Below, in pieces: positions 1 through 14,622 of a stretch of 64,000 bases of DNA. The notes under the pieces are model-generated. The model was not told the origin of the DNA, ran no database searches, and saw nothing but the letters and a program-made list of their open reading frames with translations. Position 1 is the stretch's first letter; each line of letters opens with the position of its first letter. The stretch comes from Candidatus Peregrinibacteria bacterium. GTDB taxonomy: Bacteria; Patescibacteriota; Gracilibacteria; UBA1369. The stretch spans positions 64,001-128,000 of the forward strand of contig OY970195.1 of assembly GCA_963708185.1 (NCBI GenBank), read 5' to 3'. A program made the position numbers and the translations under genes.

Positions 1-422
1 GCCTGGGCCATGCGGATGGTGTCATCCTTTTTCTTGATGGCGTTGCCTTCGTTGTTTGAGGCCATGAGCAGCTCGTCGGCGAGTTTTTTGGCCATGGGCT
101 GTCCTTTCTTACCGCGGGCGGATTCAAGAATCCAGCGGAAGGAAAGCATGAGCTGGCGGCCGGGTTTGACTTCGATGGGGATCTGATAAACGGCTCCGCC
201 GATACGCTTCGGGCGGATCTCGAGTGCTGGTTTGACGTTTTCAATCGCTCGTTCAAAAACTTTCACCGGTTCCTTCTGTCCCTTTTCGGTCAGTACATGC
301 ATGGTGTCCTTGAAGATTTTGCGGGCGATGTTCTTTTTCCCGGCTTTCATGATGTAGTTGATGAATTTTTCCTGAAGAGGGTTTGAACCTTCGGGGATGA
401 ATGTCGGACGTTTTTGTGCCAT
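1..422 (-). CDS. rpsG: 30S ribosomal protein S7 (3' end runs off window)
   Basis: Manual translation MAQKRPTF...KFINYIMKAGKK...EIRPKRIGGAVYQIPIEV...MAQA; lies directly downstream of rpsL. Confidence 0.95.
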   Translation of the reverse strand, partial: MAQKRPTFIPEGSNPLQEKFINYIMKAGKKNIARKIFKDTMHVLTEKGQKEPVKVFERAIENVKPALEIRPKRIGGAVYQIPIEVKPGRQLMLSFRWILESARGKKGQPMAKKLADELLMASNNEGNAIKKKDDTIRMAQ

Positions 423-467
423 TGTTATGAAAATTTAGGATGGTAGGGTTTCTTCGATTGGATCGGT

Positions 468-881
468 TTAGCCTTTTGGCTTCTTCTGGCCGTAGAGAGA
501 ACGGCTCTGTTTGCGGTTCTGGACGCCCTGCGTGTCGAGTTTTCCGCGGACGATGTGGTAACGCACACCCGGAAGATCCTTCACGCGACCGCCGCGGATG
601 AGGACCACGGAGTGTTCCTGAAGGTTGTGCCCTTCACCAGGAATGTAGGCGTTGACTTCAACACCGTTGGTGAGGCGGACCTTGGCGAATTTGCGGAGCG
701 CCGAGTTCGGTTTTTTTGGAGTCATGGTGCCGACCTTGATACATACGCCGCGTTTCTGGGGGCAGTTCAGGCTGAAATCACGGTTTTTGATCGTGTTCAT
801 GATGCTGAGCAGCGCCGGAGCTTTACTCTTTTTGAGCTTGTTGCGGCGGGGTTTGCGGATAAGTTGGTTGATGGTTGGCAT
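468..881 (-). CDS. rpsL: 30S ribosomal protein S12
   Basis: [28 protein letters not shown] motifs. Confidence 0.99.
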   Translation of the reverse strand: MPTINQLIRKPRRNKLKKSKAPALLSIMNTIKNRDFSLNCPQKRGVCIKVGTMTPKKPNSALRKFAKVRLTNGVEVNAYIPGEGHNLQEHSVVLIRGGRVKDLPGVRYHIVRGKLDTQGVQNRKQSRSLYGQKKPKG

Positions 882-985
882 TTTTTGGCTTTTTAGAATG
901 TGAGAACGATGCAGCTTTAGGCAGGTTGTTGCCTGCGTGCTGGGTTAATTTACACGCAGGCAGATCGAATTGCAAGAGCAGTTTC

Positions 986-4948
<3,963 letters not shown>

Positions 4949-5017
4949 GTGGATGGAATTAATAAGTTATAATAAATTATTTTTGAAAATTGTGCGTGGA
5001 TGCGTTTTTTTAAACTT

Positions 5018-5539
5018 TTACAGTCCCAGGTCGTCGTCGATTCCGACGTTTCCCGAGGCGTTTGCTGCTGCGCCCACCGGTTCTTTTTCACTTTTTTCGG
5101 CTTCGGCTTCGGTTGGGGCTTTGGGAGCGGGTTCGCGGCGAGGATGTTCCTCCACGTGCATTTCCTGGACTCCCTCTTCGGGAATGTAGTCTTCACTTCC
5201 GCTTTGCTGACGTTTTTCAAGCATGATCATGTCCTGGATGACGATTTCAGTCTTGAATTTCTTGATACCTTCCGGGGTGTCCCAGCTGCGGGTCTTGAGA
5301 TATCCTTCGATGTAGACGAGTTTTCCTTTCTTGAGGTACTGTCCGCAGATTTCCGCGAGCCGTGACCAGGCAACGATTTCATGATATTCGCTCGAGGTGT
5401 GCCTTTGGCCGTCCCGCGTGACCCATTCACGGTTGGTGGCGATGCCGAAGGTGGTAACGGACTGTCCGTTCGGGGTCTGACGTACTTCAGGGTCGCGGGT
5501 GAGATTTCCGACTAAAATAACTTTATTAACACTACGCAT
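5018..5539 (-). CDS. ssb: Single-stranded DNA-binding protein
   Basis: SVNKVILVGNLTRDPE OB-fold start; acidic C-terminal tip DDDLGL. Confidence 0.97.
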   Translation of the reverse strand: MRSVNKVILVGNLTRDPEVRQTPNGQSVTTFGIATNREWVTRDGQRHTSSEYHEIVAWSRLAEICGQYLKKGKLVYIEGYLKTRSWDTPEGIKKFKTEIVIQDMIMLEKRQQSGSEDYIPEEGVQEMHVEEHPRREPAPKAPTEAEAEKSEKEPVGAAANASGNVGIDDDLGL

Positions 5540-5608
5540 AGGAGGGGTGGGTAAGGATAAGGAGGGAAAGAGAGATTGCCGTTGGGGACGGCAATGGTTG
5601 GTCCGGAT

Positions 5609-8600
5609 TTATTCTTCTTCTTCCAAGAGTTCTTTTTCCAGTTTTTCGGCTTCGGCAAGTTCTTCAGCCGTAGGCCCTTCAATGCTTTCGAAGTCGACTT
5701 CAGGCTCTTCTTCGACGTATCCTTCGTCGCCTTCCTGTTTTTCTTTGACTCCCATTTCTTTCTCTTCTCCTTCTTCTTTTTCTTTCAGTTCATCAACATC
5801 CTCTTCTTTGATTCCCGGTGCGCCTGCGAGAACGGGTTCGACTTCCGCTTCCATCATCTTTTCCACTTCGCTGTCGACTTCCGGGCGGTTCGGATCGTTT
5901 TCGTTGAGGAATGCCGTTTCTTCGGATTCAGCCTGGGCGAGCGTGTACTCTTCCTCTTCCTTGAGCAGGTCGGCTTTTTCAGTGACCTGGAGCTGGACGT
6001 TCAAACCCAAAGACTGAAGTTCTTTCACCAACACGTTGAACGATTCAGGTGTGTGAGGTTTGCGGATGGCTTCGCCTTTGACGATGGATTCGTATGCTTT
6101 GGCGCGTCCGTAGACGTCATCGGATTTGATGGTAAGCATTTCCTGAAGAGTATGCGCGGCTCCGTAGGCTTCGAGCGCCCATACTTCCATTTCTCCGAAA
6201 CGCTGCCCTCCGTGCTGGGCTTTACCTCCGAGAGGCTGTTGGGTGACGAGTGAGTATGGTCCGACGGATCGTGCGTGGATCTTGTCTTCAATCAAGTGGC
6301 TGAGTTTCATAATGTAGGCGATACCTACGGTGGTTTCGTGATCGAACGGCTCGCCGCTCAGACCGTCATAGAGCTGGATCTTTCCGTCTTCCGGAAGATC
6401 GGCTTTTTTGAGGAGTTCGGTGATCTGCTCGGTGGTGATACCGTTGAGGGCGGGCGTCGCAACTTTGATGCCGAGTTTGCGTGAAGCCCAACCTGCATGC
6501 GTTTCAAGAATCTGACCGATGTTCATACGTGCCGATACGCCGAGCGGGTTCAAAATGACGTCGATCGGTGTTCCGTCCGGAAGGAACGGCATGTCCTCCT
6601 GAGGAACGATGATGGAGATGACACCCTTGTTTCCGTGGCGGCCCGCAACCTTGTCTCCGATGGAGATCTTGCGGGTCTGGGCGACGTTGACTTTAATCTG
6701 CTGGTTCACGCCGGTCGGAAGTTCGTCTCCGTTCTTGCGTGAGAAAATCTGGATGGCGACGATTTTCCCGCCTTCACCGCCGGGGAGGCGGAGCGAGGTG
6801 TCTTTGACGTCGCGGGCTTTTTCACCGAAGATGGCGCGAAGCAGTCTTTCTTCCGCGGTGAGTTCGGTTTCGCCCTTCGGGGTGATCTTGCCCACGAGGA
6901 TGTCTCCTTCACGGACCGTCGCACCGATGCGGATGATGCCGTTTTCGTCGAGATCCTTGAGGCGCGCTTCACCGACGTTCGGGATGTCACGGGTAATGAT
7001 TTCAGGTCCGAGCTTGGTGTCGCGGACGTCCATGGTGAATGTTTCAATGTGGACGGAATCAAAAAGGCCGTCTTTCACGACGCGGTCGGAAATGATGACG
7101 GCGTCTTCAAAGTTGTATCCCTGCCATGACATGTAGGCCACGAGGACGTTCTGACCGAGCGCCAGTTCACCGTTTTCGATGGCCGGACCGTCGGCGAGGA
7201 CGTCGCCTTTATGAACGCGTTGGCCTTTGTTGACGCGGGCGCGCTGGTGGATACAGGTACCCTGGTTGCTGCGTTCGTAGCTGAGCAGTTTGTGGATGGC
7301 TTTTTTCCCGGAGTCGTAAATGATCGTGATTTGTTCGCCGTCGACGTAGGAAACGGTTCCGTTGTCTTCAGCCAGGAGAACCTGACCGGAGCTTTTTGCC
7401 ACCACTTCCTCGATGCCCGTTCCAACCACCGGAGCGGAAGGAGTAATGAGCGAGACGGCCTGACGCTGCATGTTCGAACCCATGGATGCACGGGTGTTGT
7501 CGTCGTGTTCAAGGAACGGAATGAGTGAGGTTGTTTCTGAAATAATCTGTTTCGGAGACACGTCGATGTGCGTGATGTCTTCGACGTTGGCCATGGTCGG
7601 GTCGCTGTTCTTGCGTGCCGAAACCAGGTTGGCCATGATTTCGCCCTTGTCGTTAAGTTCGGTATTGGCCTGGGCGATGACGAGATTGCGTTCTTCGTCG
7701 GCGTCGTAATAGCGGACGTGTTTGGTGATGTACGGACGGACGGCGATTTTGTCGATGGCGAGTTTTTCGATCTCCTTGGCGAGTTTGGCGTCGACCTTGG
7801 TGCCGGATTTCGCAATCATCTTCTTGCTCTTGGGATTGCTGACGCTTTCGGTCAAGGTTCTTCCTTCAAGATCTTTGGCTTTGTTCATGACAAAGTGCGC
7901 AACCTCGCGGAAAGGAGTTTCAATGAAGCCATACTTGTTGACGCGGGCGTAAGTGGCCAGATGCACCACGAGACCGATGTTCGGACCTTCCGGCGTGGCA
8001 ATCGGGCAGATGCGTCCGTAGTGGGAAGGATGCACGTCGCGGACGTCGAAGGACGCGCGTTCACGTGAAAGACCTCCCGGACCCATGGCCGAAAGACGGC
8101 GCTTGTGGGCGAGTTCAGCCAGCGGGTTGGTCTGGTCCATGAACTGGGAAAGCTGTGAGCTTGCGAAGAATTCACGGAGCGCCGCCGTGATCGGTCGGGA
8201 GTTGATGAGCTGGGTCGGAGTGACCGTTTCCAGATCCATCACCGTCATGCGGTCCTTGGCGATGCGGTCGGTTCTCAGCAGACCGACGCGGAATTTATTC
8301 TGGACGAGTTCGCCGACCGCGCGGATGCGGCGGTTGGAGAGGTGATCGATGTCGTCCGGCTGCAACTCTCCGTTGTTGAGGCGGATGAGGTATTTGATGA
8401 TTTCAATGAGGTCTTTCACCTGGAAGGTGTGGAACTCCTTGGTGTTTGGAATATCGGATTTGAAGCGCTTGTTGAGTTTGTAGCGCGCTACCGGTCCCAT
8501 GTCGTACTTGCGGTAGTCGAAGAACATGGACTGGATGAGCGATTTCGCATTTTCCGGCGTGGCGAGATCGCCCGGGCGGATCTTGCGGTAAATGCTCTGG

Positions 8601-9808
8601 TAGGCTTCGTCAACGGTCTTGGCGTTGTCTTTTTCCAGGGTGTTGAAAATGTAGTCGTGTTGAGGATCCATCGTCACGTCCTTGAAAAGATCGAGGATCT
8701 CCTTGTCCGTTGAGTATCCGAAAATACGGAGGAGGGAAGTGATGGGGATCTTGCGTTTGCGATCGATCTTCACGGTGATGACGCCTTTCTTGTCGGTTTC
8801 GATTTCGAGCCAGGCGCCGCGCTTTGGAATGATCTTGGCGTTGTGGACGCCTGGAGCGGCGCTGTTCTTGGAGAAGAACACGCCCGGTGAACGAACGAGC
8901 TGACTGACGACGACGCGTTCGATGCCGTTAATAATAAAGGTACCGCGGTTGGTCATGAGCGGGACTCCTCCAAGGAAGACATCCTGTTCCTTGATTTCTC
9001 CGGACTCCTTGTTGATCAACTGGACATGGACCTTGAGCGGAGCTTCGTAGGTCAGGTTCTTGTTCTTGCAGGTTTCGGCGTCCCACTTCGGATCGCCGAT
9101 GGAGTGTTCCAAAAAGTGAAGTTCGAGTTTTTTTCCGGAAAAGTCGGAGATCGGATTGATTTCGTCGAGCAGTTCGCGGATGCCGTCTTCCAAAAACCAG
9201 CGGTAGGAATCGATCTGGATTTCGATGAGGTTCGGAAGGACGACTTCCTGGTCCAAACGAGGATTCAGATATTTGCGGTTGCTGGACTCTTTCATCACGA
9301 TGTTCTCTTTGGGGAGAAGCTTGGTGATCTCTTCGGCAACGCTCGTGGAAGTCTTCATCTTGGCGGTAGCCTTGGCGACTTTGGCCTGAGCGGCTTTGAC
9401 GGCTTTTTCGTCAATGACGGGAGCCTTCCTGGCACCCGGACGGCCGTGGCCCTGGTAGTGTTTTCTCGCTTCCACCTTTTTTTCAGCCTTCGGAGCAGGT
9501 TTCTGTACGGGCTTGGCGGCTTTTGCCGGTTTGGTCGCTTTTGCGGGCTTGGCAGCTTTGACCGCTTTGCTCTTTTTGACGATTTTTGCAGCCGGTTTTT
9601 TTGCCTTTGGAGCGGCTTTTTTCATTTTCTTCGCCGGCTTTACAGTTTTTTTGGCGGCCTTGGCTGTCTTTTTTACCTTAGCCTTTGTCGGTTTTGCCGC
9701 CTTCTTGGAAGGCTTTGCCGCTTTTTTTGCGGGCTTCTTCAAAGACTTCGTCACCTTTTTAGCGGCTTTTGCCGTCTTCTTTGGTGACTTCGATGTTTTC
9801 TTGGCCAT
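5609..9808 (-). CDS. rpoB: RNA polymerase beta subunit with Lys/Ala/Pro-rich N-terminal extension and Glu-rich C-terminal tail
   Basis: [43 protein letters not shown] motifs. Start placed at MAKKTSK (9808); the ORF is open to 9856. Confidence 0.98.
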   Translation of the reverse strand: MAKKTSKSPKKTAKAAKKVTKSLKKPAKKAAKPSKKAAKPTKAKVKKTAKAAKKTVKPAKKMKKAAPKAKKPAAKIVKKSKAVKAAKPAKATKPAKAAKPVQKPAPKAEKKVEARKHYQGHGRPGARKAPVIDEKAVKAAQAKVAKATAKMKTSTSVAEEITKLLPKENIVMKESSNRKYLNPRLDQEVVLPNLIEIQIDSYRWFLEDGIRELLDEINPISDFSGKKLELHFLEHSIGDPKWDAETCKNKNLTYEAPLKVHVQLINKESGEIKEQDVFLGGVPLMTNRGTFIINGIERVVVSQLVRSPGVFFSKNSAAPGVHNAKIIPKRGAWLEIETDKKGVITVKIDRKRKIPITSLLRIFGYSTDKEILDLFKDVTMDPQHDYIFNTLEKDNAKTVDEAYQSIYRKIRPGDLATPENAKSLIQSMFFDYRKYDMGPVARYKLNKRFKSDIPNTKEFHTFQVKDLIEIIKYLIRLNNGELQPDDIDHLSNRRIRAVGELVQNKFRVGLLRTDRIAKDRMTVMDLETVTPTQLINSRPITAALREFFASSQLSQFMDQTNPLAELAHKRRLSAMGPGGLSRERASFDVRDVHPSHYGRICPIATPEGPNIGLVVHLATYARVNKYGFIETPFREVAHFVMNKAKDLEGRTLTESVSNPKSKKMIAKSGTKVDAKLAKEIEKLAIDKIAVRPYITKHVRYYDADEERNLVIAQANTELNDKGEIMANLVSARKNSDPTMANVEDITHIDVSPKQIISETTSLIPFLEHDDNTRASMGSNMQRQAVSLITPSAPVVGTGIEEVVAKSSGQVLLAEDNGTVSYVDGEQITIIYDSGKKAIHKLLSYERSNQGTCIHQRARVNKGQRVHKGDVLADGPAIENGELALGQNVLVAYMSWQGYNFEDAVIISDRVVKDGLFDSVHIETFTMDVRDTKLGPEIITRDIPNVGEARLKDLDENGIIRIGATVREGDILVGKITPKGETELTAEERLLRAIFGEKARDVKDTSLRLPGGEGGKIVAIQIFSRKNGDELPTGVNQQIKVNVAQTRKISIGDKVAGRHGNKGVISIIVPQEDMPFLPDGTPIDVILNPLGVSARMNIGQILETHAGWASRKLGIKVATPALNGITTEQITELLKKADLPEDGKIQLYDGLSGEPFDHETTVGIAYIMKLSHLIEDKIHARSVGPYSLVTQQPLGGKAQHGGQRFGEMEVWALEAYGAAHTLQEMLTIKSDDVYGRAKAYESIVKGEAIRKPHTPESFNVLVKELQSLGLNVQLQVTEKADLLKEEEEYTLAQAESEETAFLNENDPNRPEVDSEVEKMMEAEVEPVLAGAPGIKEEDVDELKEKEEGEEKEMGVKEKQEGDEGYVEEEPEVDFESIEGPTAEELAEAEKLEKELLEEEE

Positions 9809-10089
9809 ATTGAAAGAAGAGTGAATAAAATTGCGGAAGTTGTGAAGTGCTTTCATCGTTTAGGATTAAGGCTCTTCAACTGCGCTATCGCTCATAACTC
9901 ACTCTGTGCTCTCTATATAGAGAGGGGTCTGATAGCTTAGTCCATTTTATTTATTTTTGACCTTATGTCAAATTACTTTTCATAGTTTGTTATCTATGAG
10001 TTGACAAAATTGCGTTTCTTGGTATGTTGTCAGCTATTTTGGGTGGGATTAGGTTCATTGAAAGACTGTTTTTTTGCAGGTAATGATCT

Positions 10090-10716
10090 GTGATAGATCC
10101 CCGAGGTGATTCATGGCAGTGTCATGGTGATGCTTTCATGTTCCAAAGGAAAATCACAGATGTCTTGCCTGCAGGAGGTGTTATGAATAAAGCGAGTGAT
10201 TTTTTTCAAGCTGAAGTCATGGAGGTGATTGCCAACGGCAATGTTGAAGGTTTCCGTCTTCTGGTGAGAACCTCACCGGAAAAGCTTCAGCAGGCCATTG
10301 ATTCGTCGAATCACTTCCGGAGGTTTATCCTTTGCGATCTGATGGATCCGTCGCGTTACACGGCAAAAGACATGTTTTACACGTACAAAATCATGGAGGA
10401 CGATGAATGCGGGAATTTTTTGAGAAAAATTCTCCCCGGAGCGCGTCAGGCCTATCTTTTTTCGAGACTCAATCACGGTCACCGCGGAGAGTTGGCCAAA
10501 TTTGCACAGACCGACCGGGCAGCCACCTGCGAGGTGGTTCGTTTGTACATCGACAGGCAGAGGTTCTTCAGCAACGACCAGCTGATGTTCGTTTTTGAGC
10601 ATTTCCCCGAGCTGAAGGAGCAGGTTGCCAAAAAAATCGTCGAGGTGACCTTCGGCGAGCAGCTTCCGGATTGCGGGCACTATCGCAAGTTCTTTACACT
10701 TCTTCCTTCGGGTTGA
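10090..10716 (+). CDS. Hypothetical protein
   Basis: 208-aa ORF filling a gap with a plausible upstream promoter; start may be ATG 10183 after AGGAGG. Confidence 0.6.
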   Translation: MIDPRGDSWQCHGDAFMFQRKITDVLPAGGVMNKASDFFQAEVMEVIANGNVEGFRLLVRTSPEKLQQAIDSSNHFRRFILCDLMDPSRYTAKDMFYTYKIMEDDECGNFLRKILPGARQAYLFSRLNHGHRGELAKFAQTDRAATCEVVRLYIDRQRFFSNDQLMFVFEHFPELKEQVAKKIVEVTFGEQLPDCGHYRKFFTLLPSG

Positions 10717-10882
10717 GGTAAGGACACCATCCACAAGGCAAGACAATGCGGCCGGGTTGAGTTGATATTTCTTATACTCCCCGGTCGTTTTGCCTTTTTC
10801 GATACTCAATGTTTTCATCCAAAGACCCCGGATATTTCCGGGGCCTTTGGATTTCGATGGTCTCTGTTTTTGAATGGAAGGT

Positions 10883-12115
10883 CTAGACTGCGAAATTCTT
10901 GAAAAAGAAGTTGCGGACCATGTAGTTGAAGACGCCGTCGGATTCGTGGCGGCTCTGGTGATCGGTGATTTCGGCGATGGCGTTGGCGAACTGGATGACG
11001 ACGACTTCATCCGGGGTGGCGACTCCGGTGTTCACTTTGTGGAACCATACCGCGGGATCGGAGTTCACGAGAAGATCGTCATGGGATGTCGAAGTATTGT
11101 AATAGTTCACTTTTTCCAGAGGCTGGCTGTAGAAGTCCTGGATGGAGAGTTTGTCCGGATTCGGTTTGACTTCGATGCTGATATCGAGCATGTCGTGATT
11201 GGATCCGGCAAAAAATTTGAGCATGTCTTGCACGTCGCCGCTGGAGATCAGCAAAGACTGGGGATATTTGGTGGCATAACCGATCAGAGCGTTTGGATGT
11301 GCGTCATCGGTAATGGTAAAGTTCGGCGTGCCGGAACTTTCGGCGAAAGTGTAGTTGTAGAGTGAAACGTTAAACGGGATGATGGTGTCGCCGAAGATGC
11401 TGCTTTGTTCCTGAATGTCGTTCGGGAAATTGTCCGATACGGCCTTGGCCCGGTAAATGAGCTGGGCGAGCTGGCCGCGGGTCAGGTTTTGTGCCGGATA
11501 GAAAGGGTTGCCGCTTGTGGCGTGGGTGTAGCTGCCGGCGTCATAGAAGTTTTTGAGGGCCGCGAAGTTGACGTAAACCGCGAACCAGTCCGTGCTTTTG
11601 ACGTCGGAAGCGATCGATCCCGAATTGGGAAGATTGCCGTGAGTCACTGCATATTGCATCGTCGTATCGTTATAGAACTCTTTCATGACGATCTTGTAGG
11701 CTTCGGCTTTGTTGATGTTGTTGCCCGGACGGAAGTAACCGTCGGGATATCCCTGGACCGTTCCGCGTTGGCGGGCGAGCGCTACGTATTTTGCATACCA
11801 TTCGGTTTTCGGGGTGTCCGGAAACATCGCAGCGGTTCCCATGGCGGTGTCTGCATTTTTTTCATTGCCGTCGGCAAGAAAAATCATTTTTAACATTTCG
11901 GCGCGGTTGACCGGGTTATTGGGGCGGAAGGTTCCGTCACCGTAACCCTGGACGACACCGTTGAGGGTCAGCCAGTTGATGGCTTTATAGTAGGGGTCCG
12001 TGCTCGAGACATCCGTGAATTTTACGCCGCTCGCGGCATTGGCTATTCCCAGGCTCATCATGCCGGCAACGGTGGAGGCAATGAGGAGCAGGGAAATTTT
12101 TTCTTTTATTTTCAT
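10883..12115 (-). CDS. Secreted S-layer homology (SLH) domain protein
   Basis: Signal peptide; FTDV...GYGDGTFRPNNPVNRAE, GYPDGYFRP and LTRGQLA SLH repeats. Confidence 0.9.
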   Translation of the reverse strand: MKIKEKISLLLIASTVAGMMSLGIANAASGVKFTDVSSTDPYYKAINWLTLNGVVQGYGDGTFRPNNPVNRAEMLKMIFLADGNEKNADTAMGTAAMFPDTPKTEWYAKYVALARQRGTVQGYPDGYFRPGNNINKAEAYKIVMKEFYNDTTMQYAVTHGNLPNSGSIASDVKSTDWFAVYVNFAALKNFYDAGSYTHATSGNPFYPAQNLTRGQLAQLIYRAKAVSDNFPNDIQEQSSIFGDTIIPFNVSLYNYTFAESSGTPNFTITDDAHPNALIGYATKYPQSLLISSGDVQDMLKFFAGSNHDMLDISIEVKPNPDKLSIQDFYSQPLEKVNYYNTSTSHDDLLVNSDPAVWFHKVNTGVATPDEVVVIQFANAIAEITDHQSRHESDGVFNYMVRNFFFKNFAV

Positions 12116-12181
12116 AAATGGAAGTTAAAAAATAATGGGGTTGATAATATTCATAACGATCGTATTAGTGAGATATTACAC

Positions 12182-13480
12182 CTATCCGTTCAGGGCGTCG
12201 AGCGGCTGCATGTGTGCCGCCTGGTTTGCCGGGATAAAGGCGAAAAGCATGCTCAGGAAAATCGAAAAAAGAAATATTCCCAGCAGGCTGAAGAAATCGT
12301 TGGCGAAAATGGAGGCCGGCTTTCCCGAAACGTCCGGGAGCAGGTTTTGGGCGACGAGATTCATGACGAACTCTCCTGCGAGTCCGATAAGTATGCCGAT
12401 CACTCCGCCGATGACTCCCAGGATCCCGGCTTCGGTGAGGAACATTTTCTGGATATGGCCGCGGGTGGCTCCCAAAGCCCGGAAAATACCGATCTCTTTT
12501 CTGCGTTCGGAGGTTGCTGAAAAGAAGGTGTTGGCGATCATCAGTCCGGCGACGATGAGAATGGTGATGCTGATCATGCTCAGGCCGAAGTTGACGAAGC
12601 GGAAGTTCTGTTCGAAGGTCTTGATCTGCGCCTGGGCCGAAGTGACGTCCAGTCCCATGTTTTCGATGGTTTTCTGAACGGCGTCGGTGTTTTCGGCGCT
12701 GTCCGTTTCCACGTAGAGACGGAGGTAGCTGTCGGTGTAAGCCTGGTCACGGTCCTGATTGAGCTTGCGCACGACGTTGATGGGAAGGGTGACGCCCACC
12801 AGCGTGGTTTTGTCCGAAAATCCGATGAGTTTCACCCTGATGGGATTGCTCGTGGTGTTGATGTTGTTCAAAAAGGTGGATTCATCGGGGAGCAGCGTAA
12901 ATTCGATGCCGGTGAGATCTTTTTCGGTAAGATGCGGCAGGCTGGTGGAGTTGGCGATGGTGAAGTTGTAGAGGTCGATGATCCTGCGCGAAAGGATGGC
13001 GGGATACGGTTGCTCGGGATAGTTGGCGACGGCGTCGTTCCATTCCGACTGGAGTTGGGGCGTGTCGAGCGTGTCCTGGATGTAGTCCGTGGGCAGCCCG
13101 AAGATCATGGTGTCGGTCTGGAAGGTTTGTCCGACGAGGCCTATCTGCAGGGAGCTTACGTTGTTGTAACTCATTTCGGGGAAGACGCCGGTGACGTGGG
13201 GGATTTTTTCGATCTGTTTCGTCATGTCCGGCGTGATGCGCGCTTTGATTTCACTTGTGGGGATGAGACTCAGCAAAGCGTTGCCGGCGTTTTTGCCCTG
13301 GACGGTAAGTTCGGTGAGCGGACCGGTATCAAGAATGTTGGTGTAGATGGCCTGGTGGAGTCCTGAACTCAGGCCCGTGAAAACGACGAGCGAAGCGATG
13401 CCGACCATCAGTCCGAGCGTGGTGAGGAAGGTGCGCAATCGCTGACTCATCAAATTTTTCAGGGCGAGACGGTAATACAT
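12182..13480 (-). CDS. ABC transporter permease, MacB/FtsX family
   Basis: N-terminal TM, large extracellular domain, ERRKEIGIFRALGA motif, C-terminal TMs. Confidence 0.92.
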   Translation of the reverse strand: MYYRLALKNLMSQRLRTFLTTLGLMVGIASLVVFTGLSSGLHQAIYTNILDTGPLTELTVQGKNAGNALLSLIPTSEIKARITPDMTKQIEKIPHVTGVFPEMSYNNVSSLQIGLVGQTFQTDTMIFGLPTDYIQDTLDTPQLQSEWNDAVANYPEQPYPAILSRRIIDLYNFTIANSTSLPHLTEKDLTGIEFTLLPDESTFLNNINTTSNPIRVKLIGFSDKTTLVGVTLPINVVRKLNQDRDQAYTDSYLRLYVETDSAENTDAVQKTIENMGLDVTSAQAQIKTFEQNFRFVNFGLSMISITILIVAGLMIANTFFSATSERRKEIGIFRALGATRGHIQKMFLTEAGILGVIGGVIGILIGLAGEFVMNLVAQNLLPDVSGKPASIFANDFFSLLGIFLFSIFLSMLFAFIPANQAAHMQPLDALNG

Positions 13481-13482
13481 AG

Positions 13483-14217
13483 TTATCTGGTGAATTTGCT
13501 GAAGGTGTTTTTTTCCAGGAGCCGGCCGTCTTTTATCTCCACGACTCTTTCCGCATACTTGGAGATTTCGCGATCGTGGGTGACCACGATCAGCGTCATG
13601 TTCTCGTTTTTGTGGAGCTGTTTGAGCAGGTCGATGATGCTTTTTCCGGTGACGGAATCGAGGTTGCCCGTGGGTTCGTCGGCGAGAAGGATGTGAGGTT
13701 TGTTGATGATGGCCCGTGCGATGGCGGCGCGTTGTTTCTGTCCGCCGGAAATTTCGGACGGACGATGGTTCATACGTTCGCCGACCTCCACGGCTTCAAG
13801 CAGCTGTTTGGCTTTTTTCTGCATGGTGGCCTCTTTGCGTTTTTTTCCGCCGGCGAACATGAGAGGAACTTCCACGTTTTCCAGCAGCGTGAGATGGGAC
13901 TGGAGGTTGAAGTCCTGGAAAACGAAACCGATTTCTTTGTTGCGGTATCGTGAAAGATCGCGGTCCTTGAGCGCGGCGAGATTTTTTCCTTCTACGATGA
14001 CTTCGCCTTCGGTGGGTTTGTCCAGTCCGCCGATGAGGTGGAGCAGGGTGGATTTTCCGGATCCCGAAGGTCCGACGATGGCGACGAACTCACCGTCCGC
14101 GATGGAAAGGTTGATGCCTTTGAGGGCGAGTACCTCTTCATCGTAGGTTCGGTAGATCTTTTTGACGTTTTTGAGTTCGATCATTGGCGCTGGGGTAACG
14201 GTTTTTGAGTGTCCCAT
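13483..14217 (-). CDS. ABC transporter ATP-binding protein, LolD/MacB-like
   Basis: GPSGSGKS, ISGGQKQR, LLADEPTGNLD. Confidence 0.95.
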   Translation of the reverse strand: MGHSKTVTPAPMIELKNVKKIYRTYDEEVLALKGINLSIADGEFVAIVGPSGSGKSTLLHLIGGLDKPTEGEVIVEGKNLAALKDRDLSRYRNKEIGFVFQDFNLQSHLTLLENVEVPLMFAGGKKRKEATMQKKAKQLLEAVEVGERMNHRPSEISGGQKQRAAIARAIINKPHILLADEPTGNLDSVTGKSIIDLLKQLHKNENMTLIVVTHDREISKYAERVVEIKDGRLLEKNTFSKFTR

Positions 14218-14585
14218 TCCAGTTGAAGGTTCGGAGTGTCGAATGCCTGGATTTTTGTTTCACCTGCGGCCGCTTGTTTGTCGAGGGTTTCAAAAGTGAA
14301 TACCGTATTGCGGGCATTACTCATGATGCCCAGGCTTGAGATGTGATACGGGTCATCCGCCGGGGATTCGAATTTGAGACTGATCGGTTTCATCGCGAAG
14401 AAGGAGTATCTTGCTCCCTGTCCGGAATCCCGATTGATGACGTAAAGTCCCCAAAAGTCCTGGCGGATGATAAAGGCCGGGGTCAGGATCCACAACAAAA
14501 ACAACCATCCGATATAGACGAGGGCGAGGATGCTGAGGACGCTTTTCCAGTCAAATGTGCGGAAGGATTTTTTCATCCACCGCAT
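14181..14585 (-). CDS. Hypothetical membrane-anchored protein
   Basis: Single N-terminal hydrophobic helix; overlaps the ABC ATPase start. Confidence 0.6.
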   Translation of the reverse strand: MRWMKKSFRTFDWKSVLSILALVYIGWLFLLWILTPAFIIRQDFWGLYVINRDSGQGARYSFFAMKPISLKFESPADDPYHISSLGIMSNARNTVFTFETLDKQAAAGETKIQAFDTPNLQLEWDTQKPLPQRQ

Positions 14586-14622
14586 TGTACACCAGGCCTT
14601 GGCTTTTTAGAACATGCCTTTC

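Noticed and set aside
9909-9924. Palindrome ctctctatatagagag upstream of rpoB
   Set aside because: Low-complexity 16-mer with no second copy; no function can be supported.
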